A stretch of 64,000 nucleotides of DNA from Azolla caroliniana (lineage: Eukaryota; Plantae; Polypodiophyta): assembly GCA_043228905.1 (NCBI GenBank), contig JBHGNT010000022.1, positions 10,168,001-10,232,000 of the forward strand, written 5' to 3'. Numbering within the stretch: position 1 is the stretch's first letter; each line of letters opens with the position of its first letter. Position numbers and translations under genes: made by a program. Shown here piece by piece: positions 37,101-50,424 of the stretch. The notes under the pieces were generated by a model. That model was given only the letters and a program-made list of their open reading frames with translations, was not told the DNA's origin and made no database searches.

Positions 37101-39478
37101 ACAGAACCGGCCGAAGAAGATGAAAATGATACCGGAACCGGCCCCGATCCCGAAATGGATTCGGATGAAGAAGAATCGGAAGAACCGGTTACCGAAGCTC
37201 CGGAACGGAGATATCCTCTAAGAGAGAGAAGGGCCCCCCGGAGATTTCCGGAACCAGAGCACGTGCTGCTAACCGACGAGGGGGAGCCGGAGAGCTTTGA
37301 AGAAGCAGAGCATGACACCCAAAGCCGCAGGTGGTTGAGTGCCATGCAGGACGAGATGGATTCCCTGCATGAGAACCACACATATGAACTTGTGGAGTTG
37401 CCGAAAGGAAAGCGGGCACTCCGAAACAAATGGGTGTTCAAGCTGAAACCGGGAGATGCCGGAAACCCCCCGAGATACAAAGCCAGGATCGTGGTGAAGG
37501 GGTTTCAGCAGAAGAAGGGCGTCGACTTCGACGAGATATTTGCCCCGGTAGTGAAGATGACCTCCATCCGGACGGTGCTGAGCATAGCGGCAAGCATGGA
37601 CCTCGAGGTAGAACAGATGGACGTGAAGACGGCATTCCTTCACGGTGACCTCGATGAAGAGATCTACATGCAGCAACCGGAAGGATTCGAGAAGAAAGGG
37701 AAGGAGCACCTGGTATGCCGGTTGAAGAAGAGCCTTTACGGACTGAAGCAGGCTCCCCGGCAATGGTACCGGAAATTCGACTCCTTCATGACCGACGAAG
37801 GGTACCACAAAACGCAGTCCGACCACTGCGTGTTTGTGAAGAAGTTCGAAGGAGGAGACTTCCTAATACTCCTCCTATACGTGGACGACATGTTGATCGT
37901 CGGACGGGACCAGGTCAAGATACGGATGCTGAAGAAGGCTCTTCACCGAACCTTCTCAATGAAGGACTTGGGTCCGGCGAGGCAAATACTAGGGATGCAC
38001 ATCATCCGGGACCGGAAGAAGAAGTAGTTGTGGCTGTCACAGGAGAAGTACGTGACGAAGGTGCTTCACCGGTTCAACATGTCGGAAGCGAGACCGGTCG
38101 GGTCAACACTCCCGGCAAACTGCAAGCTGTCCAGCAAGCAAAGCCCCAAGACAAAGGCTGAGAAGGAGGACATGATGAAAGTACCATATGCCTCTGCCGT
38201 CGGGAGCTTGATGTACGCGATGGTGTGTACCCGACCGGACATAGGATATGCAGTCGGAGTGGTGAGCCGGTACATGAGCAATCCCGGCAAAGAGCATTGG
38301 AACGCGGTCAAGTGGATACTCCGATACCTGAAGGGCACGGCAAACGTGTGCCTCCGATTCGGCTCCGGTAAGCCCGAACTCGACGGCTTTACCGATTCGG
38401 ATATGTCGGCTGATGCAGATACCAGCCGGTCCACATCAGGGTATGTGATGACGTATGCAGGGGGAGCTGTCTCATGGCAGTCGAGGCTGCAGAAGACGGT
38501 TGCGCTGTCAACTACGGAGGCGGAGTACATGGCGGCTGTTGAAGCCGGCAAGGAAGTAATATGGATGAAGGACTTCATTAGAGAGCTCGGTATCCGGCAG
38601 GAGGAGTACCGACTCTACTGTGACAGTCAGAGTGCAATCCACCTTGCGAAGAACGCGGCCTATCACTCCCGGACGAAGCACATCCAGCGAAGATATCACT
38701 GGATCCGGGAAAGGATAGAAGACAAGGAGTTCGTGCTGACAAAGATCCACACGGACGAGAACGGGTCGGATATGCTGACCAAGGTCCTCACACCCGACAA
38801 GCTGGAAGCATGCCGGATGAGGATCGGATTGGAAAGACATCCCATGCCGAAGTGAAGGGGGAGTTTGTTGGGATTACGATCCCTTCGGATGGGATGGTCG
38901 GATGTCGGAGATGAATGCCGACGAGCCCGGTTTCGGTTTCGGATCCGGATGTTGAAGACCCCGGCTTCGGTGCCGGATGACGAATGTACCCGGAGAGCGA
39001 TCCGGATGCAGGGACATATCCGTGAATATGTTCGCTATAGGCCCCCTGAGGCTATAGTTGTAAATAGCCCCAAAGTCATATATGTATAAATATGACTTAG
39101 GGCAAATTGTTTTATTGCTGCTAATCATTTTTCTGTTTTTCCACTCAAGAGGAGTGAAGAGGGAGCAGCCGTGAGAGAGAGAGAGAGAGATAGAGCGTGA
39201 GAGAGGAAGAGGACGACGCCTCTTTGTATTTCCGCCTCCTGTGGCGAGGACAGCGAGCTCAAGGTCGTCGCCTTGCAGCTCGCCATTGTATACTTCTCTG
39301 TATAGTGTTGGTTTGGAGTCTTGTACTCCCGTGGTTTTTTCCCGTTTAGGGTTTTCCACGTTAAATCGTGTGTTCACTCTATTTCTCGCATTTCCTATTT
39401 TCTGCAACAACGATCCGTGTGTTTTCCTTGGTTGTGGCCGAGAGGTGAAGATTGGAAAGTGTCGATCGATTTTCAACA
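34139..39478 (+). mobile_element. Very young full-length Ty1/copia (Tnt1/Tork-like); LTRs 34139-34751 and 38866-39478; TSD AAGTA; PBS tRNA-Met(i) 34755-34766
   Basis: 613-bp LTRs with 2 differences seen; TGGTATCAGAGC; PPT GAAGGGGGAGTT. Confidence 0.97.
34782..38855 (+). CDS. Copia gag-pol polyprotein with a single internal TAG at 38025-38027
   Basis: CFHCGKPGHFRKNC, WVVDSGAS, LWHKRLCH, DNGGEY, YVDD, TEAEY, TKHI all in one frame. Confidence 0.93.
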
Positions 39479-40896
39479 AAGTACAAATCAGCTAAGAGGC
39501 TTAAGACTGGTGTTGAACCAATTTGGTTCAGAACAATGCCTTGTGCCTCCTTTTATAGTGTTTTTAGGAATAATCCTGAAGCTTCTAGAATGTTCCAGAG
39601 AGATCTGGAATATACATCAATTTTCTATGATAAAACATAAATGAAAATAATATTCTACAAATTACAATTCATAGTCTAATGGTAAGAGCTCGACTCATGT
39701 AGCATAAGGTCATGGGTTTGAGTCTTGCCATATCATGACAACTTGACCACATTCAAATGTTCTCTTCCCGGATTGCTCATGAACCGGTTGACCACTTCGA
39801 CTGTGTATCCGATATCTGGTCGGGTGCACACCATCGCGTACATCAAGCTTCTGATGACAAAGGCATATGTTATCTTCATCATATCCAACTTCTTTGCCTT
39901 TTTCTTCGGGCTTTGCTTTCCACTCAACTTGCTATTTGCCAGAATTGTCAACCCAATTGGCTTCGCATCCGACATGTTGAACCGTTCAAGTACCTTTGTC
40001 ACATACTTCTCATGTGACAACCATAGAAATTTCTTCCACCGGTCCCGGTTTATATGCATCCCCAGTATCTGTCTCATCGGACCCAAACCTTTCATTGAGA
40101 AGGTCTGGTTCAAAGCCTTCTTCAGATTTCCGATTTTGGTTCGGTTCGGTCTGACAATCAAAATGTCATCTACATATAGTAGGAGTATCAGGAAGTCACC
40201 TCTATCAAATTTCTTCACGAACACGCAGTGGTCGGCTTGCGTCTTGTGGTACCCTTGGTTGATCATGAAGAAGTTGAACGTCCGGTACCATTGCTGGGGA
40301 GCTTGCTTCATTCCATATAAGCTCTTCTTCAACTGGCACACCAGGTGATCCGTCCCTTTCTTCTCAAATCCTTCCAGTTGTTGCATGTAGATCTCTTTGT
40401 TACCGGCCCGCAAAGGAGTCCAAAGTGTGAAACGGAGGAGTTATTTAATTATTAGGAATGGTTGTAAGTAAGCTATGAGTGTGGACGGACGGACCGGAAT
40501 CGGTATGACATTCCGGATCCGGACCGATCCCGAACAGGTGCGGATGGCACCGTTTTGTACTACAGACCGGAAACCTATTTAAAGGCCCGGTTACAATGTA
40601 ATGAGCAGTGGTTAATTAATAAAGCTTAGTGTTTTTACCTCTCTGTGTTAATTGCCATTCTGCATTCATTGTTATATCTTACGTGTGTGATTATTAAAGA
40701 TGATCTTGCTAAGTAACCTAATTAAGTCGGATTAATCGTTGAGTCTAATCCTATTGCCGTAACACCCCTTTGGTGAAGTGTCTTCCGTAGACACCCTGTG
40801 TTTGGCCATTGTCCGACCCTAAGAGTTAACACAATTTTTGGCGACCACGATTCTTGTTTTTGCAGCGAACGACGACACGAATGGAGGACTAGATCA

Positions 40897-43800
40897 ATGC
40901 ACGACCTGGTTACAGATCGAACTCGACGCCTTGCCGAAAGGCAAAGGAGACGTGAGGCTTTCCAGCAAGCGGCACAGGAAATTAGAGTGGATCGCTCGTT
41001 TTCCAACGTAATCCGGAGAGTAGCAGAGGAGTCCCTCTGGTTATAGCAAACATCGCACCCGGACGACGGCAGCAGCCTAAGCAGCCTCCGGGAAACCGAA
41101 TCCCTTCTCTAGGCTTTGGAAAGCGGAGAAGGCGAAGCAGAAGCCTTTTCAGTGTATGAATCGGATTCTGAAGAGGAATACAGCGTGCACACAAACTACC
41201 GTAGCACCAACGAAACCCCGGGCGGACCGGAGAACGAAGGATCGGACACCTTACCGACACCGGAACCAGAAGTCGAGGAGGAGAGGCCTCCATCACCAAA
41301 AGAAGAGGAAAGACCACCGACGCCGGAAACAAATCAGGAAAGACCACCGACGTCGGAGAAAAACCAGGAACTACCACCAATACCGCTAGCCCGCGCACCG
41401 ATACCGGACGACGACATGCCGTTCCAGTAATCCAAGTATAGAGATGATCCAGACGTGGAAGCTCATGTTCATGCCTTTCAACAGACATGGGCAGCAAACC
41501 ATGTATCCTAGCGATTGACCCCGGAAGAAGAGGAATGCTCTAAGATAGCAGAATTTGGTGTCACATTGGAGGGACCGGCAACGAGATGGCGTCGGACGTA
41601 GGACCCGTCTACCATCACCACCTTCGCAGATTTAAAAGCTAAATTCTTGCATTTTTTCCAAAAGGAGGTGGACTAGACAGTAGTGGTGGGCTTGTTTTAT
41701 ACCATCCGACAAGAGGCAGGGGAGAGCATTCCCCAGTTTGTCATCCGGTTTCAACGGATGCACAGTTAGCTTGCCCGCGCACCCCCGGAGGAGGAATTAC
41801 GGACTATATTCCTAAATGCGCTCCGGGAACCCCTACGCACGGTTTGCACGATCATTGACTTCCGCGCAAGTACCATCGACCAGGTCATTGACCGGGTGAG
41901 AGAGATGGAAAAGACAAGCTCCTGGCTCACACTGGGAGCACTCCAACGGGCGTTACCGTCCGATGAAGACCTCCGGTTTCAGCAAGCAATACAGTGCACA
42001 ACCTGCTTGAATTCCGGACACTCGGCACTAGAATGCACTATGAGGACGCAATGTGTAATCTGTCAATCCAAGGGCCATACGACGGATAGGTGCGAGTATA
42101 ATCTATTGAACCGGCAAGCACCACCCGTCCGACAAATAGAGCCACGTAGCAGCCGGGATGAAGAAGAGGAACATTGACGGCGAATGGACCGCGACCAACC
42201 GGCACAGGATGTCCGGTATGGCGATCGACGGGAGAATGATGTCCGGTACGGTGATCGGCGGGATAACTACGACCGGCATGATAGATATGATCGGTACTGG
42301 GATTACAATAGACGATACGAACATTACGACCGGGAGCACTCCCCCAGGTATTGTCAGCAACGGGAGGAATACGACAAATATAACGACCAACCTCGTCAAC
42401 AGTACCGCAATAAGAAGAACTATAACAAAAAATGGCATTTCAAAAAAGGCGGCTACCCACGGGATCCGGAACAAGGAGCTTCAAGTGGCCAACCGGCCCA
42501 AACCCCCGCGCTTACCACGGAACCTGCCTCGGGTACAACAAACAATGCCGAATCCAGCAATACCCGGAAAGCCTACTGCTACTACTACCGACCGGAAGGC
42601 CATTATAGTAATCAATGCCCGGCGAAGAGCTATGACAAACGACCGGCAATAAATATGGTAGTCCCTGAAGTGGCAGATCTGCAGCAGGTGACCACAAGGT
42701 CAAAGGGCATGGCCAAGGAATGGGAGACGCAGGAGACCATCTGGAAGCAAGCGACGGAATGGGTGAAGAAAGCAAACGAGCAAAATGTCACAGACTTACA
42801 GCGGGAAAAGGAGAATACCGTAGGGCTTGCCGGCGGCAGTCACTCCGAGAACGAGACATGGCTGGCGTTGCAAGAATGCCAGATTACGCTGCCACTAGGA
42901 AGACTCCTACAGCTTGTGCCAAGATTCACAGAAGGACTGAAGACGGCCATGACGGCAGGAGAATCATCACCGGCACCAATACTCTTCTCGAATCCGGAGG
43001 AGGGACCAACGGTGGTGGACACCAACAGTCCGGTAATCACTGCCATTGTAAAAGGGAAAGAACTCCCCGAAATAGTTATAGACGGAGGCTCTGGTGTGAA
43101 TGTAATAAGCCTCCGGATGTGTGATGCCCTAGGAATCCACGAGTGGGAGCCATGTCTATTCTGGTTACGGATGGTCGATACAAGCTTAGTGTGGCTGACA
43201 GGATTAATACGAAAATTAGAAGTCACCGTTGGCGGTCATACATTTCACATCTAGGCAGTAGGGCTACAATTATAGGCACAAGGCGCATACCCGCTATTGC
43301 TCGGGCGGCCGTGGTTGAAAATGGCACATATCAAACAGAATTGGAGGAAAAATGTTATTACCTTCCGGTGAGGAAAAAACCAAGGTACGGGTACCAACAC
43401 AGCCAAGGACGAGCACTAGCAAGGAATGTACACCATCGTATGCAGAGTGCGTCAACATGCTAGAAGGGTTAGCTGACGAAGAAGAAGCTCAGTACTTGCA
43501 GGAAAACCCGAAGATCGTACCCCTCTTCGAAATTGACATTGCCGAAGTAGTAGCACCATACTTACCACAACCAGAAGAGACTGAAGCAGAACCGGATAAA
43601 GACGCAATCCGAGAGTTACGGCAAGCGCAGGAAGCGTTGGAATGGGAAATGGCCGTTTCACAGCGTGTAAAAGCGTCGCAACTTGAAGAGGTGAACCTAG
43701 GGACCACAGACGAAGCAAAACCGGTGCACATCGCCAAGGAGATGAAGTCTGAAGACAAAATGGCGATGATCACACTTCTCACGGAATTTCGCGACATGTT

Positions 43801-46650
43801 CGCCTGGTCATACGAAGACATGCGAGGGCTCGACCCTCAGTTATACCAGCATCAGATTCACTTGAGCAAGGACGCAAAACCAGTGGCACAAAGACAGTAC
43901 CGGATGAATCCCAATTATGCCGCCAAAGTCAAGGAGGAAATCGACAAACTGCTAAGAGTGGTCTTTATCCGTCTGGTAAAGAAAGTGACATGGCTGAGCC
44001 CGATCGTAGTCGTACCGAAGAAGAACGGAAAATTTAGAGTTTGTGTGGACTACCGGAAACTCAATGCGGCTACGGTAACGGATGCGTTTCCACTTCCGTT
44101 CACAGATGGAGTGTTGGATGTCGTCGCCGGCCATGAGGTCTATAGCTTTCTAGACGGATTCAGTGGGTATAATCAGATCCGAATGCACCCCGACGACCAA
44201 GAGAAAACGGCTTTCGTCACCGAATGGGGGGTGTTTGTGGCCGTGGTGATGATGTTCGGCCTCAAAACGGCACCGGCAACATTTCAACGAATCATCATGC
44301 AAATCTTTGGTGAATATATCCCGGCTTTTATGCAGGTTTTCCTTGACGATTTCTCCGTCTATAGCCGAGAGGAGGACCATTTTCAGCACCTCCGTCTTTG
44401 TCTAGAAAAGTGTAGAGCGTACCAGCTAAGCTTGAATCCGGCAAAGTGTGTGTTTGGCGTGTCTAGTGGAACCTTATTAGGACATATTGTGAGCCAAGAA
44501 GGTATTGCAGTCGACTCGGACAAAGTGAAAGCCATATTAGAAGCACCGGCGCCGGCAACGGCAAAGGCATTGAGCCGGTTCTTAGGCCAGATCCGGTGGC
44601 ACAGCCGGATGCTCCGATACTTGGCCGACCTGGCTACACCGTTGCATGCCGCCGTACATCGGACACCATTCCAGTGGACCGACACCGAGGATAGGGCGTA
44701 TAGGGCCCTCAAGGTACTATTGTCGCAAGCACCGGTAGTGCAGCCCCCGGATTGGAGTAAAGAATTTCATGTGTTCGTGGACGCCTCCGACATCGCAATC
44801 GGAAGCGTACTGATGTAGCTTACGGAGCCAAAGTGGTATCGGCTAGTGTACTATGCCAGCCGAAAGCTATCCCAAGCGGAACGGAACTACTCTACCACGG
44901 AACGGGAAGCTCTAGGGATGATCTACAGCGTGACAAAGTTTCGGCATTATTTATTGGGAAGGAAGTTTTCCTTCCATGTAGATCATCCGACACTCCTCTA
45001 CCTGGTGTCCTAGGCGTCACTCACCGGTAAGTTGGCCCGGTGGACCTTACTATTACAGGAATTCGAGTTCGAAATATTCAACCGACCCGGTATACATCAC
45101 GCCGTAGTGGATTATTTAAGCCGATTAGAGTCCGGAGAGACGGGTGACGGAGTAGCGGACGAGTTTCCGGATGCAGTGTTGTTTCGAGTCAATACGGAAA
45201 CTGCAGCAGATGAGTCGGTGGCACAGGAAGAAAAGTGGCTCACAAACATGCACCAGTTTCTGAGCACAGGACTGCCTCCGGAGGAGATGAACCGGGATGA
45301 AAGGAAACGCCTGGCGGTGCAAAGACGACATTTCTGCTTATTGCGAGACACACTTTACCACAAGGGCGCGGACGGCATATGGAGACGGGCGGTGCGCAGC
45401 GATGAAAAAGACCTCATACTGAGGGAAGCCCACTGCGGAGTTGCCGGAGGTCACTATGCCGGAGATGCGACGGCCAGAAAAATATGGCAAAGTGGCCTAT
45501 GGTGGCCAACTACATTAAGATATGTTGTACGGTACGCAAAAGAATGTGACCTATGCCAGCCAATGGGCCAGCCAACGGAGCAAGCTCGGATGCCACACCA
45601 GCCTATACTACCACTCGAACCATTCCAGAAGTGGGGGCTGGACTTTGTTGGACCGTTCAAACCACCGACAATGAGAACAGGTAATCGGTACGTCATCGTC
45701 GCGACGGATTACTACACGAAATGGGTGGAGGCCAAAGCCTTAAGAGACAACACCGCTACGTCAACGGCAAAATTTCTATACGAATACATCTGGTGCCGTT
45801 AGGGAAGCCCAATCGAATTAATAAGCGACCAAGGGGGGCACTTTCTTGGCCAAGTAGTTGAAAGCCTGACGACATTCTATGTCGTTGTCCATAAACAGAG
45901 CACACCATACTATCCGCAAGCAAACGGGTTAGCTGAATCGACGAACAAAATGCTCCAGAATATCCTCCGGAAGATCATCAACGAAAACCGAACGCATTGG
46001 GATACCAAGCTACATAGCACGCTTTGGGCATATAAAACGAGCATCCGAACAACACCGTTCCGGTTAGCGTTCGGACTAGAGGCGGTAATGCTGGTGGAAT
46101 TCCAAGTACCCAGCTTACGGATCCAGCTACGGGAACAGCTGAACGAGACGGAGTCGGAGGCAATACGGTTAACAGCGTTGTGTGAACTCGAGGAACAACG
46201 ACTGGCAAGCATCCTGCACTTAGAATTGGAACAACGGCGACGGAAAGCATTTGTTGACCGGCACAGGAAAGGAAATGAAAAAATGTTCGCAATCGGCAAG
46301 CCGGTGTTAGTATTTCAGACCCGGATGGGCAAGATGCCAAGAAAACTACGGTTTAGATGGACCGGCCGTATTGGCTGACACGTGAGTATAATGGGTCCTA
46401 CCAGTTAGGGACACTTGTCGGCGAAGTGCTAGGCAAATGGGTCAACGTATTCCGATTGAAGCCATATAGAGGACCGATGCCTAAGAACCCATTTGAGCAA
46501 AGGACCGACACCGGTGAGGAAACGGCAACCTGTGAGGGGAACGACAACCACCAAGACGGAGGAGACGGCAAGCCAGTAACAGGGGAGAATGAGGCGATGG
46601 CAAACCGTAATGAGGCCGGTAAGGGTCCGATAGGACCAACGGACAACTAA
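40897..46650 (+). pseudogene. gag-pol of the Phygy-like element (multiple nonsense and frameshift lesions)
   Basis: CCHC knuckles (CTTCLNSGHSALEC, CVICQSKGHTTDRC), [38 protein letters not shown]. Confidence 0.92.
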
Positions 46651-47028
46651 CCTCACACCACGTTAAAATTTATCAAAAAAAAAAAAAAAAAGTGAAGTAA
46701 TCATGCAAAAGCGAGGTATGAATGGACGAAAGAGCGAGGAGCGAAAAAGGTACGTAGTGGGTATTTAAGCGCCACCACAGGAAATAATGCTATTTTAGTA
46801 CACGATGTGCACACACTCGAAAAAGGCGCCAGAATGCACAGAGAAAAACCACTGCGCGTGGAGACCCTCTACTTTCGTGAACCCAGGAGCACAGAAGCAC
46901 CAAGGTGCTGGAAGATCAGCAGACGAGAACCTACGCACAGAGAACCCCCGCTTTCTGAACTCTCTCTCTCTCAATCTCACTCTCATCACGAGTCAACCAC
47001 GCCACCACAATCTGACCTCGACACAGAC

Positions 47029-50000
47029 ATGGACCCGCAAACGCTGTCGGAAGCCACCAAGAAATGGCTAAAGCAACACAGGCTCAAGGGCTTCTTGACG
47101 ATTATGGAGGTACCGCCACACAAAGAAGCCGACAAGGTGATCAAAGAAATCGACACAGAGGTCATAACGGATGAGGCGATCCGTGCGTTAACAGGCCGTC
47201 CGGAGGGAGGCATATTCTGACGGGAACCCAACGTTCCTTATGCGCAAGGTCGGCCACAACCGAGCTTAGAATGATACACAGAAAACGGGAAATAAAACGC
47301 GACACAAAGAAGGAGAGAATACACAGGAGGTTTACGTGGAAAACCCCAAACTAGGGGAAAAACCACGGCAGCCCACAGGCTGCAAACTGTCACTATGTAG
47401 GAATATACAACAATGAGTTCACTGAGGCACCGACCTCGTGCTCACAAATCTTCGCCACAGGCGGCGGTTACAACAGAGGCAACGACCTCTTTCACTCTCA
47501 CTCTCTCTGTACAGTTACGCACACTAATCTCGTGCAAAACAGAAAATGACAACAACATAAAAAGGTTTGCCCTAAGTCATATTTATACTAATATGACTTT
47601 TCGGCTATTTACAAATATAGCCTCGATGGGCTCTCAGAAACATATTTACGAATATGTCTCTTCCTCCGGTTCATACCGAGCCTACACCATCCGGCTCTCC
47701 GTAGCCGGGTACTCCTCATCCAGTTCACACCGGGCCTGTATCATCCGGCACTCCGTAGCCGGGTACTCCTCATCCAGTTCACCTCGGGCTTGTATAATCC
47801 GGCTCTCCGTAGCCGGGTCCACCTCATACGGATTCGTCCTCGGCCGAGTTTGTTCGTCGGCATTGTTCTTCTCCCTTCCCATCCGGAGGGACCTGTTTCC
47901 CAACATATTCACGATCGACAATCCGACCTCGGAGATATGTTGTTCCGTGAGATTGCCCGTGTGCTTCACTAATACGGCCATGTGTACCCTAGACCCCCTG
48001 TCATGCCGCAGAACCGGGCAGGGATGATCATCGCCACCTATGAAGGGATCAAGGTGGATTGGCCGGTATTGATCGCAGACGGTTTGTGTGCGGTGATCAA
48101 GATCGTCAAAGGAAAAGACGACAAAGAAGGCCGAGAAGGACGGAGGATATGGCACGCAGTAATGCAGTGGCTCACCTTGCTTGTGCCACCCGTCCAGCCC
48201 GTCCAGCCCAAGAAGCGGGGAAGAGTGGCGGACGGCACCCCAAAGACTGCTTCCAAAAGACAACAGTTGTTGGCCTCTAAGGCCACTAAGGGGAAGGCGG
48301 CGGATGCAGAACAGGCGGGAAAGGAGAGCGCCAGCCGGAAGTGGCCAACGGATGCGCAAGAGGAACCACCGGTACGGCCCGTAAAGGTACCGCTTCTCTA
48401 TTCACCACTCCGCCGACTGGTGAATAGAGAAGCGGACCCCTTGGCGGCAAAACTCAATGCTAGGACTCAGGAAGAGGAAATAGAGGAGGAGCCTACGGAC
48501 CGTTGAGGCAGCCGGGAAACGTTCGGACCCTCAGACGGAGGGAACACCGGCTCCCCATACTGAGACTCCCACGCCAAGGGAGGAACTGGAACCGGTGCGC
48601 ATGGCACCGGAATTAGAAGCCCCTGCACCACCGGCAGCACCGGAAAGGTCAATACAGCCTCCCTCGAGCAACCAAGAAGAAGCGCAAGGGGAACCAGGAC
48701 ATCAGGGTGGTCCACGGGCAGAAACGGAATTGCAACTCGGCGCAATCAGGCGGGATCACCCATTTACAAGTGAGCCCATCTGTCAAACCTCCGTGCAAGT
48801 GCAACAACAATGCATCGGTAGCCTGTGGCTCCGATGGATAGGCGAACAGATTGCCGGAGCAGTGGGGTATATTGAGGCGGAAGAAAGAGCGCACAGCAAA
48901 CGGTTGCTCGTCACAACCAAACAACTAGAGACGGCCCAGTCTAGAATCCGGTGCCTTGAAAAAGACTTGGATCAGGTCACGGCAGAAATGGCAAAAATGG
49001 CCTTAACGGCAACACAGATCCAATCACCGGTGACTCCGGTAAGTGTACAGAATAAAGAACCCGACCAACCTATACATACTAATAAGACTCCGGCAACAGA
49101 AACCGTTCCAGAGAGAGATGCGGCGCAAGCCCAGGAGCTTGTGGAATTGAGAGATGAACTTGCCGCACAAGAAGCGCTAAGGAGCCGGGAACGGGAATTG
49201 AATACAGCGGCCGAAGCAGAATTAAAGAAGACTATTGAGAACCTCCGCCGGGCAGAGGAGAGCCTCCGGAAAGGCCATCAAGCGTACGACCGGCTAAGGG
49301 AGGAAAAAGACAAAGTGCTGCAGGAAAAGGACAAGCTGCGGAAGATGGCGGAAACGGAAATTGAACGGCTAAAGGAAGAGCTCCGCCAGCAGAAGGACCG
49401 CGAGGACCGGGCCCATCGACAGATCAACGCACGGCTCAAACAAAAGATAGATGATTTTGAGCACCTGCACCGGGACTACAAACAGCTGGAAACGGAGCAT
49501 AAGGAACGGGTGGCCGAGCTCCAGCAGGAAGTTGATCAGGCGGCGACGGCGCTTGCCGACGAACGAGCGGAAAATACAAGACGGTTGGACGAGGTGGAGA
49601 AGGTCTGGATGGAGCTCCAAAGGCAACAGCAAGAAGAAACGGAGAGAGCGTGAACGGTATTGCAAAAATTACAAAGCACATATCAAAGGCAATTGACGCA
49701 TTACAAGGAGCAGGCGGAAGACAACGTCAAAATCATCACGCAATTGAAGGAGGAATGGCAAGCGGCGGAGATCAAATCGCAATTGGGAACGGGCCGGATT
49801 CAGTGCATCCTCCGGGCATGGCTGAATCAGACAAAACGCTTGATTGACGAAAACTCCGTAAGATGGTGAACAAAGTGGGCACAAAATGCGGCGGAACTCC
49901 AATTGCTACGGGCAGACGTGGCAAACCGGCGGAAGGAAAGAGATGATTGTTACACGTTGACTTCTGAGGACTTCATCGCCATACGGGACGAGCTGGCCGA

Positions 50001-50424
50001 AGACTTCCAAGTCCTGGCGGATGAATAGCTGGCGCAGGTACGGCAACTCGTAGCTCAACTAGACGATGATAGGTTGGACGCTCAAATCCAGTTTGAAAGC
50101 TACGAGCGGTCCCAGGTTCGGGAAGAAAAAGCACGGGAAGCGACAACGGTTAACCTTAGTGATGAGGAATCGTCGCCGGCTGAGGGCCAGGCCGGAACCA
50201 GTCAACCGGAGTCCACTACGATGGAGGGAGCAACTACAGAAACGCCGGTGTCAGAGCAACAAACGGAGGAGCACCCGCAGCAGCCACCAAAGTACCAGTC
50301 GCAGCAGCCATCAACAGAGCAGCAACAGCAGCAGCAACAACCACAACAACAACAACAACCAATTCCAGATGAACCATTGGAGACTCTCGAACAAAGCATT
50401 TTGGATATTTTGGACGAAGAATAG
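47029..50424 (+). pseudogene. Extra sense ORF between pol and 3' LTR (coiled coil plus poly-Q), interrupted by a solo LTR
   Basis: MDPQTLSE...EGGIF|TIDNPTS rejoins after removing 47218-47905; segments 47982, 48595, 49660 and 50074 continue; E/K/R/Q-rich heptad-like region. Confidence 0.7.
47218..47905 (-). mobile_element. Copia solo LTR (family of the 53378 LTR), TSD TATTC
   Basis: Minus strand TGTTGGGAAACAGG...GTTCCCGTCA; TATTC on both flanks. Confidence 0.93.

Larger units (their letters stand above)
28961..39740 (-). mobile_element. Full-length Tcn1-like Ty3/gypsy chromovirus; 3' LTR 28961-29384; 5' LTR 33970-39740 split by a copia; TSD ACTTG
   Basis: Paired ~424-bp LTRs with about 10 differences, TSD, PPT at 29385, gag-PR-RT-RH-INT-chromodomain order. 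Confidence 0.93.
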
